From Gammaproteobacteria bacterium (GTDB lineage Bacteria; Pseudomonadota; Gammaproteobacteria; Arenicellales; Poriferihabitantaceae), in NCBI GenBank assembly GCA_028817405.1, contig JAPPPS010000006.1, positions 2,863 to 66,862 on the forward strand: a DNA stretch of 64,000 bases. The letters are read 5' to 3'. Shown here in pieces: positions 10,299-22,113 of the stretch. The first letter of the stretch is position 1, and each line of letters opens with the position of its first letter. The position numbers were made by a program, and so were the translations under genes. The notes under the pieces are model-generated. The model was not told the DNA's origin. It saw only the letters and a program-made list of their open reading frames with translations, and did not search any database.

Positions 10299-11902
10299 GC
10301 TGCGGCTCCGCCGGTGCCGGCACCGTCGCCGGCACCGTCGCCATCGTCGCGCCCGGCGAACTCGCGCGCGAAGCGGCCGATGTCGCCGGCGCCTAAGGTG
10401 AGCAGCACATCGCCGCCGCGCAGCATGCCCGGCAAGTATTCGCCGAGCGCGGGCAAGTCCTCGATGAACACCGGCTCGCGGCCGAGCGCGCGCAACGCCC
10501 GGCACAGCGATTTGGAATCGGCCGCGGGGTTGAATTCCTCCCCGGCCGCGTAAACTTGGGTGACCACCAGATGCTCGACGCCGGCCAGCACCTGCACGAA
10601 ATCGTCAAACAAATCGCGGGTGCGGGTGTATCGGTGCGGCTGAAACACCACCACCAATCGGCGGCCGGGCCAGCAGTCGCGGGCCGCGGCCAGGGTCGCG
10701 GCCAGTTCGGTTGGGTGATGCGCGTAGTCGTCGACCAACTCCACGGTGCCGGCGCCGCCACCGTCACCGTCACCGTCACCGCCACCGTCGCCATCGACCG
10801 CGATTTCCCCCAACGCCTGAAACCGCCGCCCGATGCCTTCGAATTCCGCCAGCGCTTGCGCCACCGCGGCCTCCGGCAAGTTCAACCGCGCGGCGATGGC
10901 GATGGCGGCCAAGGCGTTGAGAACATTGTGCCGGCCCGGCAGCGCCAGACGGTATTCGCGCGCGCCGATGCCGTCCGCGGTCTCGACCCGGAAGAAACTG
11001 TCGCGCCCGACTTGGCGGACCTCCACGCCGCGAAAATCCACGCCGGCGCCGAAACCGTAAGTCACCGCCGGCTTGCGCAAATCCGCGGCGATGTCGCGCA
11101 CCGCCGCGTCTTCGGCGCACAACGCCGCCAAGCCGTAGAACGGCAGGTTGCGCAGGAACGCCAGGCAGGTGGCTTTCAGTTGCTCGAAGTCGCCGCCGTA
11201 GGTCGCCAAGTGGTCGGCGTCGATGTTGGTCAGAACCGCCATCTGCGGCTGCAGGTGCAGGAACGAGGCGTCGCTTTCGTCCGCTTCCACCACCATGAAC
11301 TCGCCGCGGCCGAGCCGGGCGTTGCTGCGCACGCTGTTGACCACGCCGCCGACGATGAAGGTCGGGTCCAGGCCGGCGCGCGCCAACACCGCGGCCACCA
11401 AACTGGTGGTGGTGGTTTTGCCGTGCGTGCCGGCCACGGCGATGGCGCGGCGGAAACGCATCAATTCGCCGAGCATTTGCGCGCGCGGGAGGAGCGGAAT
11501 GTTGGCGGCGCGCGCCGCCGCGAGTTCGGGGTTGGCGTCGCCGACCGCGCTGGAGGCCACGACCACTTCCGCGCCGTCGATGTTCTCGGCGCGGTGGCCA
11601 ATCTCGATGCGCGCGCCGGCCGCGCGCAAGCGCGCCAGTTGCGCGCTGTCGGAGGCGTCCGAGCCGGACACTTGGAAGCCCAACTCCAGCAGCACTTCCG
11701 CGATGCCGCTCATGCCGATGCCGCCGATGCCGACGAAGTGAATGCGCTCGACGAAACCGCCGAAGCGGGCAAACTCAACCGCCGGCGGGGTCGCCGGCGC
11801 GGCGGTGGGGGCCGGCGACGGTGCCGCCGGCGCGGCCGTGGCCTTGGCGGCCGCGGCGCTCGACACCGGAGCCGCGGCCGCGGATTTCGCGCGCTTAACC
11901 AT
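10295..11902 (-). CDS. murC: UDP-N-acetylmuramate--L-alanine ligase
   Basis: IHFVGIGGIGMSGIA, AGTHGKTTTT, EADESD, DDYAHHPTE, FQPHRYTR. Confidence 0.98.
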   Translation of the reverse strand: MVKRAKSAAAAPVSSAAAAKATAAPAAPSPAPTAAPATPPAVEFARFGGFVERIHFVGIGGIGMSGIAEVLLELGFQVSGSDASDSAQLARLRAAGARIEIGHRAENIDGAEVVVASSAVGDANPELAAARAANIPLLPRAQMLGELMRFRRAIAVAGTHGKTTTTSLVAAVLARAGLDPTFIVGGVVNSVRSNARLGRGEFMVVEADESDASFLHLQPQMAVLTNIDADHLATYGGDFEQLKATCLAFLRNLPFYGLAALCAEDAAVRDIAADLRKPAVTYGFGAGVDFRGVEVRQVGRDSFFRVETADGIGAREYRLALPGRHNVLNALAAIAIAARLNLPEAAVAQALAEFEGIGRRFQALGEIAVDGDGGGDGDGDGGGAGTVELVDDYAHHPTELAATLAAARDCWPGRRLVVVFQPHRYTRTRDLFDDFVQVLAGVEHLVVTQVYAAGEEFNPAADSKSLCRALRALGREPVFIEDLPALGEYLPGMLRGGDVLLTLGAGDIGRFAREFAGRDDGDGAGDGAGTGGAAA

Positions 11903-12962
11903 TGGCCGCCTCCAGGCAAATCCGCGCCACCTCATCGGCTGCATCGGGGCGCGCCAACCGCCGCGCCGCGGCCGCCATGGCCGCCAACGGCGCGCGCTCG
12001 CGCTGCCACTCGCCCAGCGCGCCGAGCCAGTCGCCGCGCACCAAGTCATCCTGCGCCACTAACCGCGCCGCGCCCTGCGATTGCAGCCACGCGGCGTTGG
12101 CGGTTTGGTGGTCGCTGACCGCATGCGGATACGGCACCAACAGCGCGGCCGCGCCGGCCGCGCACACTTCGGCCACGGTGAGCGCGCCGGCGCGGCAAAT
12201 CGCCAAGTCGCACCACGCGTACGCCGACGCCATGTCGTCGATGAAAGCATGCACTTGCGCGCGGATGCCGGCGTCGCGGTACCTGGCGGCCACCGCATCG
12301 GCGTTGTTCGCGCCGCATTGATGGCGAATCTCCGGCCGCGGTTGCAAGCGCGCCAGCAAGTTTGGCAAGTGACGGTTGAACGCTTCGGCCCCGCGGCTAC
12401 CGCCGACCACTAACACGCGCAACGCGCCGCTGCGCCCGGCGAATCGCGTCTGCGGCGGCGGCAAGTCAGCGATTGCGCGCCGCACCGGATTGCCCACCCA
12501 CTCCGCGCCGGGCAGGCCGCGCGCGTCGGGGAAGCCGCTGAGTCGCCGCTGCGCCACCTTCGCCAGCAGCCGGTTGGTCAGCCCGGCCACGCGGTTTTGC
12601 TCGTGAATCACCAGCGGCCGGCGCAGCAACGCCGCCACCAAACCGCCGGGCGCGGCCGCGAATCCGCCCATGCCGAGCGCCGCATGCGGCCGCCGCCGGC
12701 GCATCACCGCCGCGGCCTGCGCGAGCGCCCACGCCAACATGAACGGCATCGCCGCGGCCCGCGCCGCGCCGCTTTTGCGCAAGCCCTTGATGCGAATGAA
12801 GTCGATGTCGATGCCGGCGCGCGCCACCAGTTCCGCCTCCACGCCGGCCGCGGTGCCGAGCCACGACAGCGTCGCGCCGCGCGCCCGCAGTGCCTCGGCC
12901 ACCGCCAACCCCGGCATGACATGCCCGCCGGTGCCGCCGGCCATGATGAGCACGCGAATCAC
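11895..12962 (-). CDS. murG: undecaprenyl-PP-MurNAc-pentapeptide GlcNAc transferase
   Basis: MAGGTGGHV, IHEQN, GNPVR, GGSRGA, CRAGALTVAE, DHQTANA. Confidence 0.97.
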   Translation of the reverse strand: MIRVLIMAGGTGGHVMPGLAVAEALRARGATLSWLGTAAGVEAELVARAGIDIDFIRIKGLRKSGAARAAAMPFMLAWALAQAAAVMRRRRPHAALGMGGFAAAPGGLVAALLRRPLVIHEQNRVAGLTNRLLAKVAQRRLSGFPDARGLPGAEWVGNPVRRAIADLPPPQTRFAGRSGALRVLVVGGSRGAEAFNRHLPNLLARLQPRPEIRHQCGANNADAVAARYRDAGIRAQVHAFIDDMASAYAWCDLAICRAGALTVAEVCAAGAAALLVPYPHAVSDHQTANAAWLQSQGAARLVAQDDLVRGDWLGALGEWQRERAPLAAMAAAARRLARPDAADEVARICLEAANG

Positions 12963-14173
12963 GACCGCCCCCGCGCCGGCGACGGTAACGATGGCGGCGA
13001 CGGCGCAGGCGCCGGCCCCGGCGATGATAGTTTCGGCGGCCGCGCGCGCGTATGCCGGTCCGCGGCGAACAACAAGCCGACCGCGGCCATGCTGCTCAGC
13101 AGGCTGGAGCCGCCGTAACTCAGCAGCGGCAAGGTCAAGCCCTTGGTCGGTAGGAGGCCGGTGTTGACGCCGATATGCACCGCCGCTTGCAGGGTGAACA
13201 GGAGGCCGATGCCTTGCGCCAAAAACGCGGCGAATCGGTGCCCCTGCGCCAGGCCGCGCCGGCCGATGGCGAACGCCCGCCACAGCAGCGCCGCGTACAA
13301 CAGCAGCGCCGCGAACACCCCGGCCGCGCCCAATTCCTCGGCGATGACCGCGGCCAAAAAGTCGGTGGCCGCATGCGGCAGGTAGAAGAGTTTTTGGATA
13401 CTGTTGCCGAGGCCGGCGCCGAACCATTCGCCGCGGCCGATGGCAATCAACGCCTGCACCAACTGGAAGCCGCCGTCGAACGGGTCGGCCCACGGGTCGC
13501 GGTGCGCCAGCAGTCGCTTGACCCGGTACGGTTCCATCCACGCCAGCGCGGTGAGCAGCCCGCCGGCCGCGCCGATGCCGGCGCAGAAATGCCACAACTT
13601 GACCCCGGCGATGAACATCATGCCGGCGACGGTGGCGGCGATGACCGTGGCCGCGCCGAAGTCCGGCTCCAGCAGGAGGAGAAATCCGATGGCCCCGGCC
13701 GCCAAACCGGCGTTGATGACGCCGACTCTGAACCTGTGCAGTTGCTCGTATTTGCGCGCGAAGTAGTCGGCGAAGTAAATCACCGCGGCGATTTTCACCG
13801 CCTCGGACGGCTGCACGCGCACGCCGCCGAACTCCAGCCACCGCAGACTGCCGTTGACTTCCACGCCGACGCCCGGCAGCAGCACCGCCACCAGCGCCGC
13901 CATGCCGGCCAACAACAGCATGCGGCTGGCGCGCTGCAGCCAGTCGAGTTTGAGGCGCGCGCACAACCCCAACAACGCCAGGCCCAGCCCGAGGTGCGCG
14001 AGTTGCCGCAGCAGCGGGCCGAAGTTGGTGTCGAGGGTGGCGGAGTCGGTGGCGATGGAGGCCGAGAACACCATCACGATGCCGCCGGACAGCAGCGCGG
14101 CCACGGTGACCACCAGAATGCGGTCGGGGCCGGCCGCGGCCGCGGCGCGACGCGCTTGCAAGGTGGCGGTCAT
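12959..14173 (-). CDS. ftsW: SEDS peptidoglycan polymerase FtsW
   Basis: Multi-TM; QPSE, EPDFG, YLPHAATDF, LPTKGLTLPLLSYGGSS. Confidence 0.96.
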   Translation of the reverse strand: MTATLQARRAAAAAGPDRILVVTVAALLSGGIVMVFSASIATDSATLDTNFGPLLRQLAHLGLGLALLGLCARLKLDWLQRASRMLLLAGMAALVAVLLPGVGVEVNGSLRWLEFGGVRVQPSEAVKIAAVIYFADYFARKYEQLHRFRVGVINAGLAAGAIGFLLLLEPDFGAATVIAATVAGMMFIAGVKLWHFCAGIGAAGGLLTALAWMEPYRVKRLLAHRDPWADPFDGGFQLVQALIAIGRGEWFGAGLGNSIQKLFYLPHAATDFLAAVIAEELGAAGVFAALLLYAALLWRAFAIGRRGLAQGHRFAAFLAQGIGLLFTLQAAVHIGVNTGLLPTKGLTLPLLSYGGSSLLSSMAAVGLLFAADRHTRARPPKLSSPGPAPAPSPPSLPSPARGRS

Positions 14174-15678
14174 GAGGCGGCCTCGGTGGCCGGGGTTTTT
14201 GCGGCCGCGGGGGTGGCGGGCGCGGGGTTTGCGACGCTCACGGTGGCTTTGCCGGCCGGGCGGTCGGCCAATGCCGCGACCAACTTTTTGAACGCCCGGC
14301 CGCGCGCTTGGTAGTCGTCGAACTGGTCGAAACTGGCGCAGGCCGGCGAGAACAGCGCGGTCTGGCCCGGCTGGGCGGCGCGCGCCACCGCGGCCACGGC
14401 CGCGCGCAAGTCATCAGTGCGGATGATGCGCGCGCAGCCGTCCAGCGCCGCCGCCAAGCGCGGCGCGTCTTCGCCGAACAACGCCACGCAACTCACATGC
14501 CGGCCGACCGGCGCGCGCAGCGGCGCGAAGTCCGCGCCCTTGCCGAGGCCGCCGGCGATGAGAAGCAACTTCTCGGCCGGGGGCTGGGCCGCGGGGGTTT
14601 CACCGGCCGCGGTGGGAGCGCCGGCGCACAAACCGGCAATCGCGGCCACGGTCGCGCCGACATTGGTGGCTTTGGAATCGTTGACCCACTTCACACCGTC
14701 GATGTCCGCGACCACTTCGCAACGGTGTTCCAGGCCGCGGTACGCGCGCAGCGCATCGAGCGCGGCCGGCGCAATTTCCACCCCCGCGCATTGCGCCAGC
14801 GCCAGCGCGGCCAACGCGTTGGCGAGGTTGTGCGCGCCGGGCGCGGATAACGCACTGGCCGCGACCAACCGCGCCTCCCCATGGCACAAGAAGCGACCGT
14901 CCGCGGCGTCGACAACGCCGAAGTCGCGCGCGCCCGGCGGCGGGTTCAAGCCGAAAGTGACCGCCTCCGGATGCGCATCTCGCAGTTCGGCCAGGGCCGG
15001 GTCATCACGGTTTAACACGCAAGCGCCGGCCGGCGCGCCGCGCAGAATTCGCGCTTTGGCTGCGGCGTAACTCGGCATATCCGGGTGACGGTCGAAGTGG
15101 TCGGCGCTCAGGTTGAGAATCGCCGCGGCCGCCAACCGCAGGCGGCGCGTGGTCTCCAACTGGAAACTGGACAGTTCGAGGACATAAAAATCCGGGCGCG
15201 GCGCTTCCAGCAATTCCAGCGCCGGCGGGCCGAGGTTGCCGCCGCTTAAACAGCGTCGCCCGGCCGCTTCCAACAACGCCGCGACCATGGTGGTGACCGT
15301 GGATTTGCCGTTGGAGCCGGTGACCGCGATGACCGGCGCGCCGGCGCTCTCGCGCAGGCATTGCGCGAACAGTTCGATGTCGCCGACCACGGCCGGCGCG
15401 GCCCGGCCGGCGCGGCGCGGCGCCGCATCGGCGGCCGGCGGCGCCAGCCCGGGGCTGACCACGATGCGGTCAAACTCCGGGTAACGCTCGGCCGGCAACC
15501 GCCCGGTGATGACCTCGATTTGCGGGTAACGCCGGCGCAGTCGCGCCAAAAACGGCGGCTGCGCGCGCGAGTCGGCGACCACCACGGTCTCGCCCAGCGC
15601 GCGCAAGTGCCGCGCCGCGGAGTAGCCGGTGCGGCCCAAGCCGAGCACTAAATTCGAGAACGGGCGTTTGGCAATCAT
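14170..15678 (-). CDS. murD: UDP-MurNAc-L-Ala--D-glutamate ligase
   Basis: [41 protein letters not shown]. Confidence 0.97.
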   Translation of the reverse strand: MIAKRPFSNLVLGLGRTGYSAARHLRALGETVVVADSRAQPPFLARLRRRYPQIEVITGRLPAERYPEFDRIVVSPGLAPPAADAAPRRAGRAAPAVVGDIELFAQCLRESAGAPVIAVTGSNGKSTVTTMVAALLEAAGRRCLSGGNLGPPALELLEAPRPDFYVLELSSFQLETTRRLRLAAAAILNLSADHFDRHPDMPSYAAAKARILRGAPAGACVLNRDDPALAELRDAHPEAVTFGLNPPPGARDFGVVDAADGRFLCHGEARLVAASALSAPGAHNLANALAALALAQCAGVEIAPAALDALRAYRGLEHRCEVVADIDGVKWVNDSKATNVGATVAAIAGLCAGAPTAAGETPAAQPPAEKLLLIAGGLGKGADFAPLRAPVGRHVSCVALFGEDAPRLAAALDGCARIIRTDDLRAAVAAVARAAQPGQTALFSPACASFDQFDDYQARGRAFKKLVAALADRPAGKATVSVANPAPATPAAAKTPATEAAS

Positions 15679-16763
15679 CGGATTTTCAGCGTGGATAAGC
15701 CGACCAACACCAGAATCAGCGAGATAATCCACAGGCGCACCACCACCCGTGGCTCGGGCCAGCCTTTCAGTTCGAAATGATGGTGCAGCGGCGCCATGCG
15801 GAAGATGCGCCGGCCGACCAATTTGTACGACGCGACTTGCAGAATCACCGACACCGTCTCGACCACGAACACCCCGCCCATAATCACCAGCACGATTTCT
15901 TGCCGCACGATGACCGCGACCACGCCGATGGCGGCGCCCAACGACAGCGCGCCGATGTCGCCCATGAACACCTGCGCCGGGTAGGTGTTGAACCACAAGA
16001 ATCCTAAGCCGGCGCCGACCAGCGTGGTGCAAAACACCAGCACTTCGCCGGCCCCGGGGATGTACGGAATGCCGAGATACGCGGAATAAATCGCGTTGCC
16101 GGTGGCGTACGCGAAGATGCCGAGCGCGCCCGCGACCATCACCGTCGGCATAATCGCCAAGCCGTCCAAGCCGTCGGTCAGGTTGACGGCGTTGCTGGAG
16201 CCGACGATGACCAACCAAGTCAAAACCACGAATCCCCAGCCCAGCGGCAGCGCGATGTCTTTGAACAGCGGCAGCAGCAGCGCGGTCTCGGCCGCCGATT
16301 CCGCGGTGTGGTAGAGGAACAGCGCCGCCGCCAGGCCGGCCACGCCTTGGCAGATAAATTTGTTGCGCGCGCCCATGCCGCGCGGGTTGGCGTCCGCGAG
16401 TTTGCGGTAGTCGTCGAACCAGCCGATGACGCCGAACGCGGTGGTGGTGAACAAAATCACCCAGATGAAACGGTTGGCGAGGTCGCCCCACAGCAGCGTC
16501 GAAAGTAACACCGAGAGCAGAATCAACGCCCCGCCCATGGTCGGCGTGCCGACTTTGCCGGCGTGCGTCGGCGGCCCGTCGGCGCGCACCGTCTGGCTGA
16601 TTTGATGCGCGCTCAATTTGCGAATCACGCGCGGCCCGAACACGAAGAAAATGCCGATGGCGGTCAGCACACCGCAGATGCCGCGGAAGGTCAGGTAGCG
16701 GAACACATTGAACGCGCCGATGCCGTATTCGCGCGCGAGGTGCTCGAAGAGGTAGGTCAGCAT
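15675..16763 (-). CDS. mraY: phospho-MurNAc-pentapeptide transferase
   Basis: [36 protein letters not shown]. Confidence 0.99.
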   Translation of the reverse strand: MLTYLFEHLAREYGIGAFNVFRYLTFRGICGVLTAIGIFFVFGPRVIRKLSAHQISQTVRADGPPTHAGKVGTPTMGGALILLSVLLSTLLWGDLANRFIWVILFTTTAFGVIGWFDDYRKLADANPRGMGARNKFICQGVAGLAAALFLYHTAESAAETALLLPLFKDIALPLGWGFVVLTWLVIVGSSNAVNLTDGLDGLAIMPTVMVAGALGIFAYATGNAIYSAYLGIPYIPGAGEVLVFCTTLVGAGLGFLWFNTYPAQVFMGDIGALSLGAAIGVVAVIVRQEIVLVIMGGVFVVETVSVILQVASYKLVGRRIFRMAPLHHHFELKGWPEPRVVVRLWIISLILVLVGLSTLKIR

Positions 16764-18316
16764 GGGGGGCCTCCGGGTTTTGGGGCGGGGGTTTTGACGG
16801 TGGATTCGGCCGCGGTTTCGGAGCCGGCGGGGGCGACGGTGGATGCCGCGGCGGTGGAATTGTCCGGCGACGGTTTCAGTTGCGCCGCCACCCGGCTCAT
16901 GTCGGTTGAGCGCGAGCCTTTAATTAGCACCGTGGCGTTGTCGTCCAACAACGGCAGCAACCGCGCCAACAACCGTTCGAGGCGGTCAAACCGTTCGCCG
17001 CCGCCGAAGCCGCGCAAGTACGCGTCGATGTCGTCGGCGCCGTGGGATTCGCCGGCCGCGCCTAAACACAGCAGATGTTCGACGCCGCATTCGCGCGCGT
17101 GGCGGCCGATGTCACGGTGCATTTGCGCGCTTTGTTCGCCGAGTTCCGCCATCGCGCCGAGCGCCGCAATGCGCGCGCCGCCGGCGGCCGCCAGATGTTC
17201 GAGCGCGACGCGCATGGAGGCCGGGTTGGCGTTGTAACTGTCGTCGATGACGGTGGCGCCGCGCAGCCCGGTGAAGGTGAACAACCGGCCCGGCAGCGCG
17301 CCGGGGAAGGCGCTCAAACCCGCGCCGATGCGCGCGGCGGTGGCCCCGGCCGCATGCGCGGCGGCCGCGGCGGCCGCGGCGTTGGCTAAGTTGTGCGCGC
17401 CCGGCAGTTGCCAGTCAACGGCGACGGTTTTTCCTGCGATGTCGAGTTGGATGCGCGAATCGGAAATGCGCGCGGCGCGGATGTCGGCATCACCGTCACC
17501 GTCGGCGCGCGCGGTGAATCGCACCATGCGCCGCACCTTCAACCGTCGCAATTCGGCGCGCCAAAAATCATGGAAGCGGTCATCGGCGTTCAACACCGCG
17601 ATTCCATCCGCGCCAAGCCCCCGGAAAATCTCGGCTTTGGCCGCGGCCACACCGTGCAAGTCGGTCAAGCCGGCCAGATGCGCCGGCGCGACATTGTTGA
17701 TGAGCGCGACATCCGGGCGCGCCAAGCCGGTCAAATACGCGAGTTCGCCGGCGTGGTTCATGCCCATCTCGATGACCGCGTGGGTGTGCGATTCGCGCAG
17801 GCGCAGCAGCGTCAGCGGCACCCCCCACTGGTTGTTGAAACTGGCGCGTGGGGCGAGGCAATTGCCGCCGGCGTTGAAAATCGACGCGACCAGCGCGGTG
17901 ACGGTGGTCTTGCCGTTGCTGCCGGTGACCGCCACCACCGGCAGGTCAAACCGCCGCCGCCAGTGCGCGCCGAGCGCGCCCAAGGCCGCGGTGGTGTCGC
18001 CGACATGTACAGTGGGGAAACCCGCGGGCCCGGCATCGCGCGACACTAACGCCGCGGCCGCGCCCTGCTCTGCGGCCGCGGCGATGAAGTCATGCCCGTC
18101 GCGCCCGCCGCCACCGTCGTGGATGGCGACGAACAAATCGCCGGACCGTGTGCTGCGCGAGTCGGTGGCGACGCCGCTGAATCGGATGTCACCGTCGCGC
18201 CGCGCATCACCGTCGCGCCGGGCGTCACCGTCGCGCCGGGCGTCCGCGCCGCGTCGGGCGCTCGCGCCGCGTAGTTGCCCGCGCGTCACTTCCGCGACTT
18301 CGGACAGACTCATCAC
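16757..18316 (-). CDS. murF: UDP-MurNAc-tripeptide--D-Ala-D-Ala ligase
   Basis: [43 protein letters not shown]. Confidence 0.97.
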   Translation of the reverse strand: MMSLSEVAEVTRGQLRGASARRGADARRDGDARRDGDARRDGDIRFSGVATDSRSTRSGDLFVAIHDGGGGRDGHDFIAAAAEQGAAAALVSRDAGPAGFPTVHVGDTTAALGALGAHWRRRFDLPVVAVTGSNGKTTVTALVASIFNAGGNCLAPRASFNNQWGVPLTLLRLRESHTHAVIEMGMNHAGELAYLTGLARPDVALINNVAPAHLAGLTDLHGVAAAKAEIFRGLGADGIAVLNADDRFHDFWRAELRRLKVRRMVRFTARADGDGDADIRAARISDSRIQLDIAGKTVAVDWQLPGAHNLANAAAAAAAAHAAGATAARIGAGLSAFPGALPGRLFTFTGLRGATVIDDSYNANPASMRVALEHLAAAGGARIAALGAMAELGEQSAQMHRDIGRHARECGVEHLLCLGAAGESHGADDIDAYLRGFGGGERFDRLERLLARLLPLLDDNATVLIKGSRSTDMSRVAAQLKPSPDNSTAAASTVAPAGSETAAESTVKTPAPKPGGPPC

Positions 18317-20001
18317 TTCGCCGCCTCCCGCGCCAAGGCCGCGGCCGCGACATAGCGGTCGCTGAATTCCAATACGCGCGCGCCGACGCTTTGCGTGCTC
18401 TCGTGGCCCTTGCCGGCGACAAGCACGAAATCCTCGGGCGCGGCCGCGGCCACCGCGGTTTCAATCGCGCGGCGACGCTCGTGAATCACGGTGGCGTTGC
18501 CGGGCGCAACCATGCCGGCGGTGATTTGCGCGGTGATGTCGGCCGGCTCTTCCCCGCGCGGGTTGTCGTCGGTGACGATGACGCGGCATGCCAAGCGCTC
18601 CGCCACCCGCCCCATCACCGCGCGTTTGCCGGCGTCGCGCTCGCCGCCGCAGCCGAACACCAGATGGATTTTCCCGGCGCAGATTTCCGCCAGCGACGCC
18701 AGCGCGCGTTGCAGCGCATCCGGCGTGTGCGCGTAGTCGACCACCACGGCCGGGCGGCGCGGCGCGCGCGGCAGTAATTCCATGCGGCCCGGCGGCGCGC
18801 GCCAGTGCCGGGCCGCGGCCGCCAATTCGCCCAAACCGTGGCCGCAACACAAACCGACCGCCAACGCCGCCAACAAGTTCGGCGCATGCACCGCGCCGAT
18901 GAGCGGCGCGCGCACCACCGCCGCCTCGCCGCGGAAGTCGGCTTCGAAAGCGATGCCGTGCGCGTCCGCGTTGATGTCGCGCGCGCGCAAGTCGGCCGCG
19001 GGGTCGTCGATGGCGTAGGTGAATTGTTCCACCGCCGCGCCGCCGCTTGCCAGCAGTTCGCGGCCGAAGTCGTCGTCCAAGTTGATGACCGCGCAGCCGA
19101 GGCCCGCGACTTCAAACAAGCGGCGTTTGGCGGCGCGGTACGCTTCCATGTCACGGTGGTAGTCGAGGTGGTCGCGGCTCAAGTTGGTGAGCAGCGCGAC
19201 ATCGAAATCGACGCCGCCGAGCCGCCCTTGCGCCAAGCCGTGCGACGATGCCTCGACGCACACCGCGGCCGCATCGCGCGCCGCAAACTCGGCCAACGCG
19301 CGTTGCGTGGACAGCGCATCGGCGGTGGTTAATGGCGACGGTTGCAGGTCGCCATCACCGGGGCCGGAGCCGGGGCCGCCGCCATCGCCATCGCCGGGGC
19401 CGGCGGCGATAAACCCGCTGCCGACCGTGCTCATGAGCGCGCAACGCGTACCGAAACCGCCCAAGGCTTGCGCAATCAACCACGCGCAGGTGGTTTTGCC
19501 GTTGGTGCCGGTGATGCCGATGACGCGCATGCGCGCCGACGGTTGGCCGTAAAACCGCGCCGCGATAACACCGATGCGCCGGCGCAAATCGTCGATGTCG
19601 AGTTGCGGTACGGTGATTTTTTCGCGGCCGCGGGGGTTGCGGCCGGGGTCGCGGCCGGGGTTGACGGTGCCGTCGCCATCGCCGGGGTCACCGTCGCCAT
19701 CCCCATCGCCGCCGGCCTCCCGCGCCACCGCCACCGCGCCGCGCGCCACCGCTTGCGCGATGAAGTCGCGGCCGTCGCGCCGCAATCCCGGCAGCGCGAA
19801 GAATAAATCGCCCGGGGCCACCGCGCGACTGTCCAGACTCAAACCGGTGACGGTTCGGTCGACCGTCACCTCCGCAAAACCATCCAACAACGCGCGCAAG
19901 GATTGCTCCGGTCGGGCCGCCGCGGCCGCCCTGCCCGCGCCCGGCGAGCGCGCCCCCGTCGCCGGCCCCGGCATCGACGCCAACATCTCCGAGGTACTCA
20001 T
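18313..20001 (-). CDS. murE: UDP-MurNAc-dipeptide--diaminopimelate ligase
   Basis: GITGTNGKTT, EASSHGL, DHLDYH, DYAHTPDAL, DDNPR, AGKGHE. Confidence 0.97.
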   Translation of the reverse strand: MSTSEMLASMPGPATGARSPGAGRAAAAARPEQSLRALLDGFAEVTVDRTVTGLSLDSRAVAPGDLFFALPGLRRDGRDFIAQAVARGAVAVAREAGGDGDGDGDPGDGDGTVNPGRDPGRNPRGREKITVPQLDIDDLRRRIGVIAARFYGQPSARMRVIGITGTNGKTTCAWLIAQALGGFGTRCALMSTVGSGFIAAGPGDGDGGGPGSGPGDGDLQPSPLTTADALSTQRALAEFAARDAAAVCVEASSHGLAQGRLGGVDFDVALLTNLSRDHLDYHRDMEAYRAAKRRLFEVAGLGCAVINLDDDFGRELLASGGAAVEQFTYAIDDPAADLRARDINADAHGIAFEADFRGEAAVVRAPLIGAVHAPNLLAALAVGLCCGHGLGELAAAARHWRAPPGRMELLPRAPRRPAVVVDYAHTPDALQRALASLAEICAGKIHLVFGCGGERDAGKRAVMGRVAERLACRVIVTDDNPRGEEPADITAQITAGMVAPGNATVIHERRRAIETAVAAAAPEDFVLVAGKGHESTQSVGARVLEFSDRYVAAAALAREAAK

Positions 20002-21743
20002 GCGCCGTCCCCGCCGGCCGCGGTTGTTGCGGTCGCCCCGGCCGCGGCCGCCGCCGGCAACGCATCCGGCGCGATGTTGTACAAGCGCATCAAGTCCGCG
20101 GTCAGTTTGGCGAACACCGGCGCCGCGACATCGCCGCCGTAGTGGAATTGGCCGCGCGGTTCGTCCACCACCACCGCCACCACGAAGCGCGGCCGGCTGA
20201 GCGGCGCGAAGCCGATGAACGCCGACTGGTATCGCCGCTCGTGGTATGCGCCGTCGACCAACTTGTGGATGGTGCCGGTCTTGCCGCCGATGCGGTACCG
20301 CTCGATGCGCGCCTGGCGGGCGGTGCCGGCCGGGCTGGCGGCGGCCTCCAGCATCGCGCGCAACGCGGCCACGGTGCGCGAGTTGAACACCCGCGGCCCG
20401 CGCGCGCGATGCCCCGGCGGCCGGCGTTGCAGCGTGACCGGCAGCAGCACCCCGTCGGTGGCGAACACCGTGTACGCGCGCGCCAGTTGCAGCGGCGTGG
20501 CCGAGACGCCGTAGCCGTACGACAGCGTGGCGTGCTCGATGGCGCGGGTGCGGTGCGGCAAACTGCCGCCGACTTCGCCGGGCAGTTGCGCGGCGCGCCG
20601 GCCGAAACCGGCCGCGGATAAAGCGTCGTAGAGTTCGTCGTACGGCAACTGCAGCGCGATTTTGGTCACGCCGACATTGCTGGACTTCACCACCACATCG
20701 GCCAGCGACAATTCGCCGTAGTTGTGGTCGCGCGCCTCGGTGATGGTGTGGCCGCCGACGGTGATGCGGCCCGGCGCGGTGTCGACCAAACTGCGGGAGT
20801 CGAACGCGCCGCTCTCCAGCGCCATGGCCGCGGTGAATGGTTTGAGCGTCGAGCCCGGCTCCAAAACATCGGTCACGCTGCGGTTGCGGAACGCGCCGCC
20901 GGTGATGGTGCGGCGGTCGTTGGGGTTGAACTGCGGCGAGTTGACCATGGCCATGATTTCGCCGCTGGGCACCGCCAGCGCCACCACGCTGCCGCCGGCC
21001 GCATCGTGCGCTCGCACCGCGGCCTCGAGATAATCGCCGGCCAATGCCTGCAACCGCTGGTCGATGCTGAGCGTTAGGTCCTTGCCGTGCCGCACTTGGC
21101 GGATACTTTCGACGCTCTCGACATAGTTGCCGGCGCGGTCTTTGAGGACGCGGATGCGCCCCGGCGCGCCGGATAATGACGCGTCGTGCGCCGCTTCCAG
21201 CCCTTCCTGGCCCGCGTCGTCGACATCGGTGAAGCCGATGAGTTGCGCGCCGGCCGGCCCGCCTGGGTAGAACCGTTTGTATTCGCGCTGCAACGCCAAA
21301 CCCGGCACGCCGAGGCGCATGAGGTCCTGCGCCAAGAACGGCGGCAGGCGGCGCTGGATGTACATAAAACCGGCATCGGCGCGGCGCGCGCAAGCGGCCG
21401 CCAATTGCGCCGCGGAGCGGTCGATGCGCGCCAGCAACGGTTGCCACATGGCGCGCGCGTCGGCGGCGCAGAACACCGCGGGATTCGCCCACAACGATTC
21501 CACCGGCGTGCTGACCGCCAGCACCCGGCCGTCACGGTCGAGGATGCGCCCGCGCTGCGGGGCCACCGCCAACTGGCGCAAATGCCGCGCGTCGCCTTGT
21601 GCGCGCAGGTGCGCTTGCTCGGCGGTCGAGAGGTGCACGACGCGCCAGCCGAGGCCGGCGAACCCCGCCAACAGCGCGGCCACGATGAGATGCTGCCGCC
21701 AGCGAGGCGGCGGGTTGCCGGGGCGTTTGCGCGGGTTTGGCAT
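19998..21743 (-). CDS. ftsI: penicillin-binding protein 3
   Basis: RGRILDR, EPGSTLKP (SxxK), KSSN, GGKTGT. Confidence 0.96.
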   Translation of the reverse strand: MPNPRKRPGNPPPRWRQHLIVAALLAGFAGLGWRVVHLSTAEQAHLRAQGDARHLRQLAVAPQRGRILDRDGRVLAVSTPVESLWANPAVFCAADARAMWQPLLARIDRSAAQLAAACARRADAGFMYIQRRLPPFLAQDLMRLGVPGLALQREYKRFYPGGPAGAQLIGFTDVDDAGQEGLEAAHDASLSGAPGRIRVLKDRAGNYVESVESIRQVRHGKDLTLSIDQRLQALAGDYLEAAVRAHDAAGGSVVALAVPSGEIMAMVNSPQFNPNDRRTITGGAFRNRSVTDVLEPGSTLKPFTAAMALESGAFDSRSLVDTAPGRITVGGHTITEARDHNYGELSLADVVVKSSNVGVTKIALQLPYDELYDALSAAGFGRRAAQLPGEVGGSLPHRTRAIEHATLSYGYGVSATPLQLARAYTVFATDGVLLPVTLQRRPPGHRARGPRVFNSRTVAALRAMLEAAASPAGTARQARIERYRIGGKTGTIHKLVDGAYHERRYQSAFIGFAPLSRPRFVVAVVVDEPRGQFHYGGDVAAPVFAKLTADLMRLYNIAPDALPAAAAAGATATTAAGGDGA

Positions 21744-21749
21744 GGGGTT

Positions 21750-21818
21750 TCGGTGGTGTCGGTGGCGGTGACGGTGGCGGTGACGGTGACGGTGACGGTG
21801 TCGGTGGCGGTGACGGTT
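21750..21818. repeat. hexamer microsatellite (GGTGAC/GGTGGC)n between ftsL and ftsI
   Basis: ggtggcggtgacggtggcggtgacggtgacggtgacggtg... read directly. Confidence 0.85.
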
Positions 21819-22113
21819 ATCCGCCGGTCGCGCCGGCCCGCCGCAAGGTGATGATGTGGTCGGCGGCCGGCGCGGCCATCTGCAATCTCGCGCGCGCGTC
21901 GTCGACCACATTGCGCCGCCCGGCCCAAGTCGCGCGCTCCAGCAGCAGCCGCCCCTGCTCGGCTTGCAGTTCCAACTGCGCGGCCTCGGCGGCGCGCCAC
22001 TCGATGAACGCGAGACGGTTCTCGTGGCGGACCGTCACCACCGCCAGCGCGCTGGCGAGCACCGCTAACCACAGCGCGATGACGGTGCGGTGGCGTTTCA
22101 CGGCGGCGCGCAT
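21817..22113 (-). CDS. ftsL: cell division protein FtsL
   Basis: TM followed by coiled coil RHENR..LLLERATW..AR.RLQM; between rsmH and ftsI. Confidence 0.9.
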   Translation of the reverse strand: MRAAVKRHRTVIALWLAVLASALAVVTVRHENRLAFIEWRAAEAAQLELQAEQGRLLLERATWAGRRNVVDDARARLQMAAPAADHIITLRRAGATGG